Source: a virus | Reading direction: 5' to 3' (one strand) | Virus record (IMG/VR): IMGVR_UViG_3300005254_000135 | DNA: 64,000 nucleotides | Shown: one piece after another, positions 54,760-64,000 of the stretch | Position numbering within the stretch: the stretch's first letter is position 1 | Layout of the letters: each line of letters opens with the position of its first letter | Notes under the pieces: generated by a model | Told to the model about the DNA's origin: nothing | The model's input: the letters and a program-made list of their open reading frames with translations, nothing else | Database searches by the model: none | Translations under genes and position numbers: made by a program

Positions 54760-55058
54760 GATCCGCTCCGGTAGAGGTTGATCCGGACCAGGTCCTGGAA
54801 GACCATGACCGACTCGACCGACCAGCGTTCCCCGTCGATGACCAGGGCCTGGCCCGGCTCCGGGGGAGCCACGTCGGCCGTCCTGGCGTAGAGGGAGCGT
54901 TGCCGGGTATAGACGCCCGCCTGGTCCGAAGGCGCGACCAGCGGGGGTGTCAGGACGCAGGAGACGGCCTTTCCTTCCACCTCGTGGGTCTCGGCGAAAC
55001 CGTCCGGGCTCAGGATCCGGGCCTTAATCGACTCGGCCAGTCGCTCCTGGAGGGTCAT
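54756..55058 (-). CDS. Head-tail joining protein
   Basis: FAETHEVEG...LVIDGERWSV. Confidence 0.7.
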   Translation of the reverse strand: MTLQERLAESIKARILSPDGFAETHEVEGKAVSCVLTPPLVAPSDQAGVYTRQRSLYARTADVAPPEPGQALVIDGERWSVESVMVFQDLVRINLYRSGS

Positions 55059-55115
55059 GGTCGCTCTTCTCCGGGTCCCGGAGCGGCCTCAGGGCCGCCC
55101 CGGGGCCATCTCGGG

Positions 55116-56150
55116 TTAAGACTCCGCCGGCGTGAAGGTACCCTTGACCAGCACCGCCGGCCGGTGACAGATGGGCAGGTGGTTGGACTGGGTGTGCAGC
55201 TCCACCCAGCGGTTGTAGCGCTCGTCGCGGGCCTGCTTGGCGTAGAGCGGCTGACCCGGGGTGTTGACCGTCTCGATGAAGTCGGCCGGGGCGTGGAACT
55301 CCCGGAAGGTCTCCTGGGTGCCCATGGGGAAGAAGCGGGCCCCGTTCTCGGCGATGAACTTGCGGGTGGTCCCCCCCGGGTCGGTCGCCTGGCCCCGGTA
55401 CTCTTCGAAGACGATCCCCTGGAAACGGAAGCCCCGGCGGAGGTCGTCGCGCATGGCGATGTTGCCCTCCTGGGTCCGGTAGGCCTCCTGGCAGTCGTCG
55501 TGGCCGACCAGGCCGTCGAAGAACTCGGGCGAGCAGAGGGCATGGACGTAGGTCATGACCTCGCCCTGGAGGTTGTCCTCGATGTGGCGGAGGACCTCCT
55601 TGCAGGACGCGACCACTTCGCCCGACTCGGCGTTGACGAAGTCGAAGTCGACCACCTTCTCGGACACGTCGAACTCGGTGAACAGGTCCAGGATGGTCGA
55701 GCCGTCGGCGTCCAGGACCATGCCGTTAAGCGCCCCGACCCTGAGCCACTCCCAGGTGATGTAGTGCTTGTTGGCCATGTCGATGAGCTTCTCGTTGACC
55801 TTGCTCTGGACGGTCTCCAGGACGCTGGCCGCCCCGAAGGGGCGCAGGTTCTGGATCTCGTCGGCCGTGACCCGGTCCTCCAGGGGGATGTGGGGCACGG
55901 TGAAGGTCTTGAGGTGCCGCTTGCCGCCCTGGTTGACCGGGGCCGGCGCGCCGCGCTGCCCGGTCTGCAGGAGGTTGAGCACGCCCTGCTTGTACTCCAC
56001 GGCCACGGTGGTGGTGGAGATGGGCCTGGCGTTGAAGAGGCCGAGCTGGGTCACCCGGCCGTAATTGTTGGGCACCAGGTTGATGGCCTGGGTCAGTTCG
56101 ACCACGCTGAAGGCGTCGTTGTTGAAGATGTCCAGAATCAACTCGGGCAC
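55116..56150 (-). CDS. Major capsid protein E (lambda-like)
   Basis: FSVVELTQAIN, FTVPHIPLED, ELHTQSNHLPICHRP. Confidence 0.95.
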   Translation of the reverse strand: MPELILDIFNNDAFSVVELTQAINLVPNNYGRVTQLGLFNARPISTTTVAVEYKQGVLNLLQTGQRGAPAPVNQGGKRHLKTFTVPHIPLEDRVTADEIQNLRPFGAASVLETVQSKVNEKLIDMANKHYITWEWLRVGALNGMVLDADGSTILDLFTEFDVSEKVVDFDFVNAESGEVVASCKEVLRHIEDNLQGEVMTYVHALCSPEFFDGLVGHDDCQEAYRTQEGNIAMRDDLRRGFRFQGIVFEEYRGQATDPGGTTRKFIAENGARFFPMGTQETFREFHAPADFIETVNTPGQPLYAKQARDERYNRWVELHTQSNHLPICHRPAVLVKGTFTPAES

Positions 56151-56226
56151 TTTGGGCCTCCTCCAAAAAGAAGGGAGGCGCCCGAAGCGCCTCCCTCAGG
56201 GGTCGGTTTGGGTTGCCGGTCCGGGG

Positions 56227-56895
56227 CTACTCCTCGGCCCGGGCGACGATGCCCCGCTCGGCCAGCTGGGCCAGGGCGGCCTCCTTCTGGCCCTCGGTGG
56301 CCCCGTCGGGCCAGACCAGCTTGGAGGCGGCGATGACCGCATCCCGGAACACGGCCACACCTTGGCCGTCGGCGCCCTCGGGGGCCGAGGCGGGGGCGAT
56401 CATCACCCCGTAAGCGATCTGGCTCCCGTTCTCGGCAGCCAGGTCCAGTCCGACCACCTTGCCGTCGCCGGCGGCCACCGAGACGGTGATGAAGTCGCCC
56501 GAGGCCCAGTCGTCCTCGCCGTCCTCCACGGTCAGGTTGATGTGGTCGGTCGAATAGGCCACGCCGACGGTCAGGTCGTCCAGGCGGTTGCCGTCCGGGG
56601 CGATCACCTTGAACCGGCCGGCGTCGGTGGCGGCCTCCACGCAGGTCAGGACGTAATCGCCGGCCAGGGCCTTGGGGCCCAGGGTGACCGTGCCCACGTC
56701 GCCGTCGCCGCTGTTGCCGGTCTCGGCCACGGTCGTGACCGCGCCCAGGGTCCGCTTGCCGATGACCTGGCCCAGCTTGAGCTGCCGGGCGGCCCCGGAG
56801 CCGGCCAGGATGGCGACCTCCTCCCGGCTCATCCGGGAGTCCAGCTCGTGCTTGACCACGTCGCTCAGGTAGTTGCCCTCGTTAATGGTAGCCAC
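56227..56895 (-). CDS. Head decoration protein (gpD-like, with internal insertion)
   Basis: SREEV...LGQVIG...AALAQLAERGI. Confidence 0.85.
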   Translation of the reverse strand: MATINEGNYLSDVVKHELDSRMSREEVAILAGSGAARQLKLGQVIGKRTLGAVTTVAETGNSGDGDVGTVTLGPKALAGDYVLTCVEAATDAGRFKVIAPDGNRLDDLTVGVAYSTDHINLTVEDGEDDWASGDFITVSVAAGDGKVVGLDLAAENGSQIAYGVMIAPASAPEGADGQGVAVFRDAVIAASKLVWPDGATEGQKEAALAQLAERGIVARAEE

Positions 56896-56905
56896 TTTTT
56901 ACCCC

Positions 56906-58204
56906 CTACTCCCTGCGGAGCCCGCGCTGCTTGAGCAGGCGCTCCATGTTGGCCGCGGTGCTGCCCGGCCTGGACTCGTCAGCGGCCGGCCTCTCGGCGT
57001 CCGGACCGACGCCCGGGTCGGCCGCCTGCTCCATGGCCGCCTTGAACTCGGTCCCCGGTTCGGGGCCGGCCTTCTCGGCCGGCGCCGCGGCCAGGGCGGC
57101 CCGGGCCTCCTCCGGGCTCAGAACGGTGTGGAAAGCCAGGTGGCGGGCCAGCTTGTCCCGGCCCTGCGCCTCCTCCAGGCCCAGGATGGCGGCGATTCGC
57201 TCCTGGGCCGCCTTGGCGGCCTCGGCCCTGGCGGCCTCGAGATCGGCCCCGGGCACGGCCTCGGCGGTCTGGGCGGCCGCCTGCTCGGTGGGTTTGTCGG
57301 GCATGATCCCCTCCTTGTGATGGTTGTCGGCGGCGGCGTAACCGCCGGGAATGCCTCTCTCGCCCGCGCGCTCGGCCAACCGGGCCGCCACCTCGGCGAA
57401 GGGCGCCACCGCGTCGGCCAGGCCCGCCTCCACGGCCGCCCGGCCCAGGTAGGTCAGGGCCTCGGTGGCCTTGACCTCCTCCTCGGAGAGCCCCCGGTTG
57501 CGGGCCACGGCCCGGGCGAAGATGTTGTAGAGCTCGTCCACCTCGGCCTGGGCCCGAGCTCGGGCGGCGTCGGAGAGGGGCTCGTGGGGGTTGAAGTCGG
57601 CCTTGTGCCGGCCGGCGAAGATGGCCGTCCAAGTCAGGCCGCGCTTGGCGTCCATCTCCGACTGGTCGATGTGCCAGGCGATGACCCCGATGCTGCCCAG
57701 CTCGGCCGTCTCGGGCAGGAAGACCCGCTCGGCCGCGCAGGCCAGGGCGTAGCCGGCCGAGAAGGCCATCTCGTTGGCCACGGCCCAGACCGGCTTCTGC
57801 TCCCGGGCCTGGAAGATTTGCTCGGCCAGGGCGAAGCAGCCGGCCACCTCCCCGCCCGGGGAGTCCACCTCCAGGAGAATGGCCCGGGCCTCGGGGTCCT
57901 CCAGGGCCTGGTTGAGCCGGGCGCCGATGAGGCCGTAGCTCATCAGGCCGGACATGGCGTCCACCCCGCTGACCCGCTGGACCAGGGTCCCCAGGACCGG
58001 GATGACCGCCACCCCGCCCTCGGTCAGCTGGTAGAGGCGGCGCTCGGGCCGACGCTCGTTCAAGGCCGTGACCTGGGCCTCCACCTCCAGCCGGCCGTCC
58101 TCGCCCCACCTGGGGGCGACCACGTTGTAGATGGCGGTCAGCTTGTCCGGGTGGATCAGGAGCGGGGTGTTGAAGATGCGACTCTTGAGATGGGCGAACC
58201 TCAC
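56906..58204 (-). CDS. S49 head maturation protease/scaffold (lambda gpC-like)
   Basis: GTG 58204 overlaps the portal stop; LEVDSPGGEVAG, AFSAGYALA, GSIGVI. Confidence 0.92.
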   Translation of the reverse strand: MRFAHLKSRIFNTPLLIHPDKLTAIYNVVAPRWGEDGRLEVEAQVTALNERRPERRLYQLTEGGVAVIPVLGTLVQRVSGVDAMSGLMSYGLIGARLNQALEDPEARAILLEVDSPGGEVAGCFALAEQIFQAREQKPVWAVANEMAFSAGYALACAAERVFLPETAELGSIGVIAWHIDQSEMDAKRGLTWTAIFAGRHKADFNPHEPLSDAARARAQAEVDELYNIFARAVARNRGLSEEEVKATEALTYLGRAAVEAGLADAVAPFAEVAARLAERAGERGIPGGYAAADNHHKEGIMPDKPTEQAAAQTAEAVPGADLEAARAEAAKAAQERIAAILGLEEAQGRDKLARHLAFHTVLSPEEARAALAAAPAEKAGPEPGTEFKAAMEQAADPGVGPDAERPAADESRPGSTAANMERLLKQRGLRRE

Positions 58205-59859
58205 TGCTCCTCCTCCCGCCTCTCCGGCTCCACGGCCACCGGCCGGCTGGCCGAGCGCTCGGCGGCGTCGAGCAGGCCCAGCTCCCGCATGCGCTCCCGC
58301 TCGGCCGCCCGCTGCTCCAGGACTTCCTCCCAGTCCAGGCCCTGCTCGGCGCACTCGTCGGCCAGGGTGGACAGGCCGGCGTCCAGGCGCTTCTCGCTGG
58401 CCTGGACCTCCTTGACCGGATCGACCCAGCCCCGGCCCGGGCCGATCCAGCGGCCCCGGGCGTAGGCGGCCCGGTTCTCGTAGAAGCCCGGCGCCTCGAT
58501 CAGGCCCAGGTTGACCCACTCCTCCAGGAAGAGCTCGTAGACCGGCTGGGCCCAGTTGAGGACCAGCCACTGGCGCTGGCCGTTGAAGTAGCGCCAGGCC
58601 TCCAGGAGGGCGGCCCGGGCGCTGCTGTAGTTGGTCTTGCTGAAGTCCTTGAGCAGGAGCTCGTAGGGCACGTTCAGGCCGGCGGCCAGCGACCTGAAGC
58701 CGTGCTCCATGAAGGCCCCGAACCCGGTCGGCGGCCGGCCCGGGATGAAGGGCTGGACGTCGTCGCCGGGGAAGAGGGGCAGGAGGGCCCCGCCCTCCAG
58801 CCTGACCTTGTGCTCGGCCCGGGCGTCCAGGTAGTCCTGCACCTGGCCGCCGAAGAGGTTCAGTATCTCGTCCTGGGGCAGCTGGGTCTTGATGAAGGCG
58901 GCGATCATGGCGTTGACGATGGCCGACTTGAGCTCGGTCCGCTGGTAGTGGTCCAGCATCCTGAAGTCGGTCATCACCGCGGCGAATATGGGCTTGCCCC
59001 GGGTCTGGCCCGGCCGGTGCTTGTCAAAGGCGTGGATCACCCGGGGCCGGCCCCAGGACGTCCAGGCCGGCACCCGCTTCCAGGTGACCAGTGGGCTGAA
59101 GCCGCCGAAGAGGTCGTCGCCCGGGTGGGCGGCCCGGATGTGGTAGGCCACCGGGGCGCCGTAGTCGTCTATCTCCACCCCGCCCCTGAGCCTCTCGCTG
59201 TCCGGCAGGTCCCAGGGGTTGCCCAGCCGGTCGGACTCGATGATCTGGAGGACCGTGGTCTTGCGGCCGCGGCGGGGCAGCCAGAGCGGCAGGGCCAGGG
59301 CCTCCCCGTTGACCTGCTTGGAGCGGTAGACCAGGGCCGTGGCCCCGGCGAAGTTAAGCTTCCGGGAGGCGTCGAAGTCGATGGTCTCGGTGGCCCCCCG
59401 CCAGAGGGCCTCGGCCTGCCGGGCCCACTCCTTGGCCCACTCCCTGGGCCGGCCCAGGGCGCGGTAGTCCGGGGAGGCCATGAGGCGCAGTCCGGTGCCG
59501 GCCACGTTGTCGACCAGGGTCTGGACCACGCCCGAGGCAACGGCGTGGTTGCGCTCCAGGTCCCGGCCTCGACCCCGGAGGACGTCCAGCTCGGGCAGCA
59601 GGTCCGAGTCGGCCGAACCCAGGCCCGGCCGCCAGGAGGCCAGCTCCCGGGAGGCCAGGTCCGCCCCCCGGTGGGCCACGGCGGCCTTGATGGGCACGCC
59701 GACTCCGAGTTCAACTTGCAGATCGGCCAGGGCCATGCTCAGAACTCCACCAGGATGCGGCGCCGGCCGCCCCGGCCCTCGGCCAAGGCTATCTGGTTCA
59801 AGAGCTCGGTCCGGTAGGTCCGGAGGTCCTTCAGCCCGGTCTCGGAGTAGTTGGCCCAC
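58201..59859 (-). CDS. Lambda-family portal protein
   Basis: RGRDLERNH, RPGQTRG, DFSKTNYSSARAALLE, GWVDPVKE. Confidence 0.95.
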   Translation of the reverse strand: MGQLLRDRAEGPPDLPDRALEPDSLGRGPGRPAPHPGGVLSMALADLQVELGVGVPIKAAVAHRGADLASRELASWRPGLGSADSDLLPELDVLRGRGRDLERNHAVASGVVQTLVDNVAGTGLRLMASPDYRALGRPREWAKEWARQAEALWRGATETIDFDASRKLNFAGATALVYRSKQVNGEALALPLWLPRRGRKTTVLQIIESDRLGNPWDLPDSERLRGGVEIDDYGAPVAYHIRAAHPGDDLFGGFSPLVTWKRVPAWTSWGRPRVIHAFDKHRPGQTRGKPIFAAVMTDFRMLDHYQRTELKSAIVNAMIAAFIKTQLPQDEILNLFGGQVQDYLDARAEHKVRLEGGALLPLFPGDDVQPFIPGRPPTGFGAFMEHGFRSLAAGLNVPYELLLKDFSKTNYSSARAALLEAWRYFNGQRQWLVLNWAQPVYELFLEEWVNLGLIEAPGFYENRAAYARGRWIGPGRGWVDPVKEVQASEKRLDAGLSTLADECAEQGLDWEEVLEQRAAERERMRELGLLDAAERSASRPVAVEPERREEEQ

Positions 59860-59963
59860 ATGTCGCCAATCCTGACCTGGACCTCCCGGGTCCCGGTCAT
59901 CAGCTTGTGGATGGCCGTCTCGACCTCTTCCAGCCGCTGTCTCAAGGTCGCCAGGTCAGCCAT
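59739..59963 (-). CDS. gpW-like head-tail connector
   Basis: AIHKLMTG...L..Y...L; between terminase and portal. The track's portal ORF extends into it, so the true portal start is probably downstream. Confidence 0.8.
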   Translation of the reverse strand: MADLATLRQRLEEVETAIHKLMTGTREVQVRIGDMWANYSETGLKDLRTYRTELLNQIALAEGRGGRRRILVEF

Positions 59964-59972
59964 GATCGCCCC

Positions 59973-61811
59973 CTACAGGTAAGGGTCGGAAGCCACCGAG
60001 GCCGGCGGTGCGACCAGCCGCGGGCCGCGCTTGGCCGGGAGCGCGCCGGCCTTCTTGGCCCGCCGCTCCACCTCCCGGCGTGGGTCCAGCCTGGCCCGGA
60101 CCAGGTGGCAGAGGGCCGCGTAGGCGTAGACGCGGCAGTCCAGGGCCTCGTTGGGCCGGCCCAGGGACTTGAGCTCCCAGGCCGGGTAGGCCTTGGTCCC
60201 CCGCCAGTTGATGACCAGCCGCTCGGCGGTCAGCTCCCGGAAGTAGGCCTCGCCGTAGCGGGTCGGGAAGTGGCAGTAGCCCGGGCCGGGCTCCTCCCGG
60301 CGCAGCCACTCGTAGATGTTCATCTTGGCCTTGTCCACGCCGACGATGTAGAGCCGCCGGCCGCCACGGTTCCGGCTGACCGTGACCGGCCAGACCTGCC
60401 GGTCGCCTTCCTTGCCCTTGATGGGCAGGACCCGCCGGCCCAGGCGGGCGCCGCAGAACTGGTGGACCTCCTCGCCGTGGTGGCCGCCCGTGTCCACGCA
60501 GACGGCCTGGACCGGCAGGCTCACCCCGTCGACGCCGGGCCAGCGCCGGGTCAGGAGCCTGTCCAGGTCCTCCCAGACGGCCGAGCCGGCCGGGTCGCCC
60601 GGCAGGACGACGTAGTCCAGGGACCAGCTCTCCCAGTCCGCCCCCCAGCCGACTATCTCGACGTGCAGCCGGTCGTCCTGGACGTCCACCCCGGCAGTGA
60701 TCACCCCCACCCAGATAGGGGTCTCCAGGCCGTACTCCTCGCGCCGGTGGTAGAGCTCCTCGTCGCTGACCGAGTGGCTCTGGTCCACCCAGGTCTCGGC
60801 CAGGACCTCGTTGACGAAGACCTTGAACTGCTGGGGAAGGTCCTTGACCTGCAAGAACCGCCTGGCCACCTTGGGCAGCCTGACCCAGGGCGAGTTGAGG
60901 GCCGAGAGCCAGAAGCCGGCCACCCCGTAGAAGGGCGCCGTGGCCACCCAGCGGCCCTGGCGGACAGCCTGGATGCGCCGGGCGTCCGGCCAGCAGGAGC
61001 CGCAATGCTCGCAGACGTAGACGGCCGTGTCCGGGTCGCCGTCCTGCCAGCGGACCTGCTTCCAGATGAGCACCTGCTCGAAGCCGCAGTCCGGGCAGGG
61101 CACGAACCACCTGCGCTGGTCGCTGGCCTCGATCTCCTGCTCTATCCGGCTGGCCCCCCTGAGGCCCGGGGTCGAGGCCTTGATGAACTTGCGGTTCCAG
61201 AAGGTGGCCGCCCGGGACTCGGCCAGGGCCACCGGGTCGCCCAGGTCGCCGGCGCTGGGCGGGTACTTGTCCACCTCGTCCAGGATGACCACCCGGATGG
61301 GCCGGGAGGCCAGGCCGGCCGGGCTGTTGGCCCCGGTGACGGTGATGTGCCCGCCCGGGAACTTCTTGTGCAGGACCGTGTTGTCGCTGTCCCGGGACCG
61401 GACCTCCCTGACCCGGCCCTTGAGGGCCGGGGTGTCCCGGAGCATCGGGGCCAATCGGTCCTTGGACCAGGCCTTGCCCACCTCCACGGTCGGGTAGACG
61501 ACCAGGAGGGGCGAGGGCTCCATGTGGACGTAGTAGCCGGCCGCGTTGAGCAGGACCTCGGTCTTGCCCGTCTGGGCCCCCCACTGCAGGACCACCGACT
61601 CGATCAGGGGGTCCGAGATGGCGTCCATGGGCTCCCGGAGATAGGGCGCCCGGTCGGTCCGCCACCGGCCCGGCTCGGCGCTGGCCTCGGGGCTCAAGAC
61701 CCGCTCGGCGTCGGCCCACTGGCTGATGGTGAACTCGGGAGGCAGGGCCAGGCCGGCCCTGAGGGCGTCAACCGCTATCGCGTACCCGTCTGAGGGCTCC
61801 AAGAGACTCAT
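59973..61811 (-). CDS. Terminase large subunit (lambda gpA family)
   Basis: QWADAER, PYLREPMD, QTGKTE, DEVDKYP, AGVDVQ, NEALDCRVYA. Confidence 0.96.
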   Translation of the reverse strand: MSLLEPSDGYAIAVDALRAGLALPPEFTISQWADAERVLSPEASAEPGRWRTDRAPYLREPMDAISDPLIESVVLQWGAQTGKTEVLLNAAGYYVHMEPSPLLVVYPTVEVGKAWSKDRLAPMLRDTPALKGRVREVRSRDSDNTVLHKKFPGGHITVTGANSPAGLASRPIRVVILDEVDKYPPSAGDLGDPVALAESRAATFWNRKFIKASTPGLRGASRIEQEIEASDQRRWFVPCPDCGFEQVLIWKQVRWQDGDPDTAVYVCEHCGSCWPDARRIQAVRQGRWVATAPFYGVAGFWLSALNSPWVRLPKVARRFLQVKDLPQQFKVFVNEVLAETWVDQSHSVSDEELYHRREEYGLETPIWVGVITAGVDVQDDRLHVEIVGWGADWESWSLDYVVLPGDPAGSAVWEDLDRLLTRRWPGVDGVSLPVQAVCVDTGGHHGEEVHQFCGARLGRRVLPIKGKEGDRQVWPVTVSRNRGGRRLYIVGVDKAKMNIYEWLRREEPGPGYCHFPTRYGEAYFRELTAERLVINWRGTKAYPAWELKSLGRPNEALDCRVYAYAALCHLVRARLDPRREVERRAKKAGALPAKRGPRLVAPPASVASDPYL

Positions 61812-62334
61812 GGAACTCCTTGAGGAGCGCCCGTGCTTCCCGCATCAGGACCTCGTTGATCCGCCGCTCGTCCGACTCGGCGGCCAGGATCGGGGCCAGC
61901 TTGCTGGGCCAGTTGAGGAGCCGGTTCATGATCAGCCGGCCGGCGTCGGTCAGGGCCTGGTTGACGTCCTGGAGCCTGACCAGGTGGCCGACCCGCTCCT
62001 GGTACTCGACCTTGGTCAGGAGGAAGCGGTAGTTCTCCCGGAGGCTGCGGGCGCGGTGGTAGGTCAGGCCGCCCTTCTGGCGGTCCCCGGACTGGTTGAC
62101 ACTCTCGGCCTGGTCGTTTTGTAAACTGTCAACCTCTCCGGGACCCTTTTTGTCAACCTCACGGGCCGGGTCTAAGGCCACTTCCAGGGCCGCGTCGGCC
62201 AGGGCCGGATCGATGCGCCCGCCGGCCCCGAGCGGTATCTTGCCGAGCTTGACTAACTTATTGACATACTGGCGAGTCTTGCCAATGCGCCGAGCGTACT
62301 CGGACTGTGTCATTCCCGGCTTGGTCCGCGCCAT
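61768..62334 (-). CDS. Terminase small subunit (Nu1-like)
   Basis: MTQSEYARRIGKTRQYVNKLVKLG HTH; overlaps the gpA start. Confidence 0.88.
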   Translation of the reverse strand: MARTKPGMTQSEYARRIGKTRQYVNKLVKLGKIPLGAGGRIDPALADAALEVALDPAREVDKKGPGEVDSLQNDQAESVNQSGDRQKGGLTYHRARSLRENYRFLLTKVEYQERVGHLVRLQDVNQALTDAGRLIMNRLLNWPSKLAPILAAESDERRINEVLMREARALLKEFHESLGALRRVRDSG

Positions 62335-62402
62335 GAATCCCGATCACCCGGCTGCTCCGAAAGGCCGCCCGGCAGGCCGCCGGGCGTGTAAACTGTCAAC
62401 CT
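62121..62402. repeat. cosB-like repeats: GTAAACTGTCAACCT at 62121-62135 and 62388-62402; partial TGTCAACCT at 62151-62159
   Basis: Identical 15-mers next to the cos-like site. Confidence 0.6.
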
Positions 62403-62429
62403 TGTTTTTGGGGCCTGTCACTGACCAAA

Positions 62430-62477
62430 GCCCGGGGTGCTGCCCAACCCGTTGCCCCTAACTGGCCGGAAGGACCC
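62430..62477 (-). promoter_or_regulatory. Lambda-like cos site
   Basis: rc reads GGGTCCTTCC-GGCCAGTTAGGGGCAAC-GGGTTGGGCAGCACCCCG, matching the lambda cosQ (GGGTCCT) to cosN layout upstream of the small terminase. Confidence 0.75.
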
Positions 62478-62567
62478 GCTTATCTCGCTTGCGGGCAGCC
62501 TTGCCTGCGGACATCAGTGTCCGGTATTTCCCTTGACAACCTGACATGGACGTCCGACGCTCAGCTA

Positions 62568-63008
62568 ATGAGGATTGTGTTCGTCTATCCGGCCGTCCTG
62601 ACTCCCGATGAGCAGGATGGGGGATTCGTCGTCTCCTTCCCGGACGTACCCGAGGCAATCACCGACGGCGACACCGTCGAAGAGGCCCTGGTTGAGGCCG
62701 CGGACGCTCTTGAGGAGGCCGTGGCCGGGCGGATCAACCGGGGGGATGACATCCCCCCGCCCTCGGCATGCCGCAAGGGCCAATACCGGGTGCCCGTGCC
62801 GCCCCAGATGGCGGCCAAGGCAGCCCTCTACCTGGCCATGAGGCAGGCCGGCATCAGCAAGGTCGCTCTGGCCGAGCGCCTGGGCTGCGACGAGAAGGAG
62901 GTTCGCCGGCTCCTGGATCCGCGCCACGCCTCCAGGCTGCCCCGCCTGGCCGCGGCGCTCCGCGTCCTGGGCTCTGAACTGACCGTGGGCATGACCAAGG
63001 CCGCCTGA
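62568..63008 (+). CDS. hicB: HicB-family antitoxin with C-terminal HTH; no adjacent hicA
   Basis: YPAVL...GGFVVSFPDVPEAITDGDTVEEAL...DIPPPS plus HTH (start 62568 or GTG 62577). Confidence 0.88.
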   Translation: MRIVFVYPAVLTPDEQDGGFVVSFPDVPEAITDGDTVEEALVEAADALEEAVAGRINRGDDIPPPSACRKGQYRVPVPPQMAAKAALYLAMRQAGISKVALAERLGCDEKEVRRLLDPRHASRLPRLAAALRVLGSELTVGMTKAA

Positions 63009-63842
63009 TCACTTGGCCGGCACCCAGCCCTTGCCGAAGCTCTCGCCCCTCGGCAAAGCGTAATTGGCGATCAGGAGCTCCTGGCGGTGGCCGGCCGGCG
63101 AGCCGGCGCGGGTGCCGAAGTGGTACGAGGCCTCCACCGTCTCGATGTGGCAGCCCCGGTAGAGCTCTCGTATGCCGGGATGGACCTCGTTGCTCATGAG
63201 CCACAAGCCCCTTACCCCTTCCAAGACCTCGGCCAGGCGGCGGTGATCATCCCAGGTCATGTCGCACTGGTACATCCCCTTGCCCGAGGGGGTGTTGGTT
63301 ATGGGGAAGGGAGGGTCGATGTAGAAGAAAGTCTGGGGGGAGTCCCAGCGCCTCAGGCAGGCCTCCACGTCCAGGTTCTCGACATAGACGCGCTTGAGCC
63401 TCTCGTGGACGGCGTGCAGCTCGTCCATCTCCAGGTTGGGGGCCGGCTCATATTTTTTCGCGGCGAAGCCAGCGCCGTAAACGCCCCTGAAAGAGTGCCT
63501 GAGCCCGTACCAGTACATCAGCGCCCGGTCGATGTCGTCCAGCCACTGGCCCGTCTTCAGGCGGTCCAGGAACCGGACATAAAGCCGCCGCGAGGAGATC
63601 AGGTAGACGCGCCGCCGGTAGAACTCCTCGAACCGGTCCTGAAGCACCTGAAACAGGTTGACCAGGTGGCCGTTGGCGTCATTGACCGCCTCGACCTTTG
63701 ACCTGGGCTTGCTGAAAAAGACCCAGGCCGCCCCCATGCAGGGCTCCACGTAGGTTTTGTGCTCAGGGATCAGGCTGATTATCTTAGGGGCCAACAGCCG
63801 CTTGCTCCCGATCCAGGGTATCCAGGGTTTGATTGGCGGCAT
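63009..63842 (-). CDS. dam: D12-class N6-adenine DNA methyltransferase (Dam-like)
   Basis: IPWIGSK, EPCMGAAWVFF, YIDPPF; paralogous to 39326-40129. Confidence 0.9.
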   Translation of the reverse strand: MPPIKPWIPWIGSKRLLAPKIISLIPEHKTYVEPCMGAAWVFFSKPRSKVEAVNDANGHLVNLFQVLQDRFEEFYRRRVYLISSRRLYVRFLDRLKTGQWLDDIDRALMYWYGLRHSFRGVYGAGFAAKKYEPAPNLEMDELHAVHERLKRVYVENLDVEACLRRWDSPQTFFYIDPPFPITNTPSGKGMYQCDMTWDDHRRLAEVLEGVRGLWLMSNEVHPGIRELYRGCHIETVEASYHFGTRAGSPAGHRQELLIANYALPRGESFGKGWVPAK

Positions 63843-63853
63843 CCGACTTCCCC

Positions 63854-63979
63854 CGTGCTATACTCCCCCTCGCCCCGCGGGGCAGGGAGGGTCGGGTTAA
63901 CACCTGGTCGGATGTCTGGCTTAAACTCCTCATCCGGCCGCCGTCCGGGGCGGCATCCCCGGCCGGTGGCCCTCCACTC
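63854..63979 (+). ncRNA. Conserved structured element upstream of methylase, copy 2
   Basis: TGCTATACT at 63856-63864; stems covary with copy 1. Confidence 0.6.
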
Positions 63980-64000
63980 GATTCCACTCCGGCCCGGGCC

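Larger units (their letters stand above)
40317..64000 (-). mobile_element. Integrated prophage with lambda-type head/cos and P2-type contractile tail (continues beyond window)
   Basis: tRNA att fragment, complete morphogenesis operon on the - strand, cos-like site. Confidence 0.92.

Overview
The window holds two prophages lying tail-to-tail in a very GC-rich genome. (1) Positions 1 to ~40.2 kb (+ strand) are a Mu-like transposable myovirus whose left end lies outside the window. It carries a DDE transposase, MuB-type ATPase, Gam, GemA/gp16 and an Xis-like HTH gene. An AT-richer accessory island at ~5.5-11.8 kb encodes a lipoprotein, a HEPN RNase with 63-bp repeats, a TIR / membrane-effector / TIR-like trio and a long pentapeptide-repeat protein. 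The Mu-type head, contractile tail and lysis genes follow, then glutaredoxin, thermonuclease, a ClpP-like moron and a Dam-like methylase. (2) From a 3'-half tRNA-Arg(ACG) att fragment at 40317-40361 to the window end (- strand) lies a second prophage. It has a lambda-type cos site, terminase, portal and capsid, a P2-type contractile tail, HigBA, an orphan HicB and a second Dam-like methylase. Best leads: (a) a self-contained ~80-nt antisense RNA (promoter, G-U-supported stems, terminator) where a MuF-BECR toxin immunity gene would normally sit; (b) a ~125-nt covarying structured element with a divergent extended -10 promoter in front of both phages' methylase genes; (c) a Thoeris-like TIR + membrane effector + TIR-like cassette with no ThsA; (d) a loop-pairing RNA leader before the Mu late operon; (e) cargo modules bracketed by duplicated gene ends. 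Protein family calls come from motif recognition by eye; no database searches were run.
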